DNA from: a virus
IMG/VR virus record: IMGVR_UViG_3300006097_000019
Location: 1 to 64,000 of that record
Direction: 5' to 3' (one strand)
DNA length: 64,000 bases
Both the position numbers and the translations under genes were made by a program. Each line of letters opens with the position of its first letter. Position 1 is the stretch's first letter. Below are positions 62,640-64,000 of the stretch, one piece after another. The notes under the pieces are model-generated. The model saw nothing but the letters and a program-made list of their open reading frames with translations. It searched no databases and was not told the origin of the DNA.

Positions 62640-63356
62640 TTATTCATTCTTAATTGGTGTACTATAATGTTTGATTTTTTTACTTCCTTGTTCTGACAAA
62701 GTGCCATTTGTCATTGCCATCATATTAATTTCATAATTATCAACTTTTAAAAGCCTATAATATTGTTCTAATATTTGAAAATAATTTAATTGATTTATAT
62801 TTAATGGATTTATAGAATTATGTCTAGCACAGACCGAAGACATTATTTCCAAAAAACCTATGCCATCTTTTTTCTTAACTTTTTCTTGTATTTCTTTTTT
62901 TAATTTTTTTGCTCTTTCTAACATTTCTTGAGCAATTTTATTTGCTGGTTTATAATTATCAGTATCTTTATCTAAGTAGTGCATTACTTTTAAACTATCC
63001 ATAAAAATATTAAAATTATTTTTATCTATATAATTAGTTGAAATATTTTTGTTCTCAATTGTTCCTTCAATAAAGAAAATATTTTTAATGAATGATATTT
63101 GTGTTTTAGGTTTAAAATATGATATTAACATCATAAACTCATTTATTAATTTTTCTGAAGATATTATTTTACTAAAAAAAATTTTTTTATCGTCTTCATA
63201 TAAATCAACAAATGTATTCAAATAATGATTATATAAAAATAATTCATTTACTTCTGATATTTTAGGGCAATATAATTCACCTATTTTCTCATCAACTAAA
63301 AAAGTTTTACCTAAAAACACATTTGTTTTAATATAAGATTTAATATTATTATCCAT
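62640..63356 (-). CDS. hypothetical structural-module protein
   Basis: 238-aa ORF in the late operon. Confidence 0.45.
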   Translation of the reverse strand: MDNNIKSYIKTNVFLGKTFLVDEKIGELYCPKISEVNELFLYNHYLNTFVDLYEDDKKIFFSKIISSEKLINEFMMLISYFKPKTQISFIKNIFFIEGTIENKNISTNYIDKNNFNIFMDSLKVMHYLDKDTDNYKPANKIAQEMLERAKKLKKEIQEKVKKKDGIGFLEIMSSVCARHNSINPLNINQLNYFQILEQYYRLLKVDNYEINMMAMTNGTLSEQGSKKIKHYSTPIKNE

Positions 63357-63360
63357 AATA

Positions 63361-63891
63361 TCACTTCACAAAATTTTGATTTCTAAATTGTAATTGATAC
63401 CCAACATATCCTTCAATACCAAATATAGGTCTAGCAACTATTCCATTACTTTTACCTACATTACCAAAAATATTTGTGTCATTTAATAATTCAACTACTC
63501 TCTTCATCAATCTATACCCACGATTATCATATCTATGCCAATCGTAAGGCACAAATATATCAATTAAATAATCAGTAGGAGCAATATGATTACTTAAACC
63601 AATATTACCAGGATATAAGCAAATTCTACCTTTTTCTTCATCATCAACGGTAGGCAATCTTCCCCAATTTAAAAATATTGGTTGACCAGTAGTAGTGAAG
63701 AAATATTCATTAAACCTTTCGCCTATAGTTTTAGTTTCTGTTATAGAAGGATTTGTTGTGGTTATCTGTAAAACATCAAATGAAGGAGATGTGGTTGGTA
63801 TGGTTAAAAAACGTAAAATTGTTTCATCATTCATGAAGATTAATAGGATGGCTTTGGTGTCAACATCTAAATTTAATTTAAAATCTTCCAT
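63361..63891 (-). CDS. hypothetical structural-module protein (tail completion-like position)
   Basis: 176-aa ORF abutting the upstream gene stop. Confidence 0.45.
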   Translation of the reverse strand: MEDFKLNLDVDTKAILLIFMNDETILRFLTIPTTSPSFDVLQITTTNPSITETKTIGERFNEYFFTTTGQPIFLNWGRLPTVDDEEKGRICLYPGNIGLSNHIAPTDYLIDIFVPYDWHRYDNRGYRLMKRVVELLNDTNIFGNVGKSNGIVARPIFGIEGYVGYQLQFRNQNFVK

Positions 63892-64000
63892 TTAGTACCA
63901 TCCACCCCCCGAATCTTTAACAACTTCCAAATCACAAATTCCCACAATCTGACTATCAGTATCACTAACTGCTTTAATCTGACAAGTTCCCACACCAACA
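63892..64000 (-). CDS. partial CDS (C-terminal end of an upstream late gene)
   Basis: Open minus-strand frame ending ..DSGGGWY-stop at 63892-63894; truncated by the window edge. Confidence 0.4.
   Translation of the reverse strand, partial: VGVGTCQIKAVSDTDSQIVGICDLEVVKDSGGGWY

Noticed and set aside
63695-63895. Plus-strand ORF 63695-63895
   Set aside because: It is antisense to the 63361-63891 late gene.
1-64000. tRNA, rRNA or tmRNA genes
   Set aside because: No cloverleaf-like GC-rich segment with a T-loop (GGTTCGAAT-like) was seen by eye. The GC-rich islands found are better explained as introns, the tracr-like RNA and the 19.99-kb element. A tRNAscan run is needed to be sure.

Overview
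The window is a very AT-rich tailed-phage or prophage genome segment. Positions 1-42615 are a co-directional plus-strand array of early, nucleotide-metabolism and replication genes. These include a class II ribonucleotide reductase, Nudix, two adenine methyltransferases, a B12-type radical SAM enzyme, ClpP-like protease, SSB-like protein, AAA_24 ATPase, DnaB, primase, a Cas4-like nuclease, Pol III alpha, RuvC and a large serine recombinase. Positions 42655-64000 are a convergent minus-strand late region: holin, amidase endolysin, tail fibre, Tal, Dit, tape measure and further tail genes. Three group I introns split two essential genes: two sit in nrdJ and one in the AAA_24 ATPase gene. Two of the three carry homing endonuclease ORFs.

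The most notable locus is 38021-39674. It holds a 430-aa Cas12f-like (type V-F) RuvC/zinc-ribbon effector. Immediately upstream lie a highly structured tracrRNA-like region and a two-repeat mini-CRISPR array. No adaptation genes are present, and the locus sits inside the phage accessory region.

Other points of interest:
- A roughly 20-nt intergenic motif (TTAAwAyAwAAATAATACTT) recurs at least 15 times.
- A roughly 4.4-kb island (tyrosine recombinase, XRE switch, HEG, lipoprotein) interrupts the tail operon.
- A GC-rich structured RNA candidate lies at about 19.99-20.11 kb.
- A non-coding region at 21.56-21.90 kb is bracketed by a 19-bp perfect inverted repeat.
- Several conserved genes lack a canonical start codon.
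- In-frame stop codons occur in a Bro-N-like ORF and upstream of the LAGLIDADG ORF.

All functional calls come from motif recognition by eye and remembered family consensus. No searches were run. RNA boundaries are approximate.
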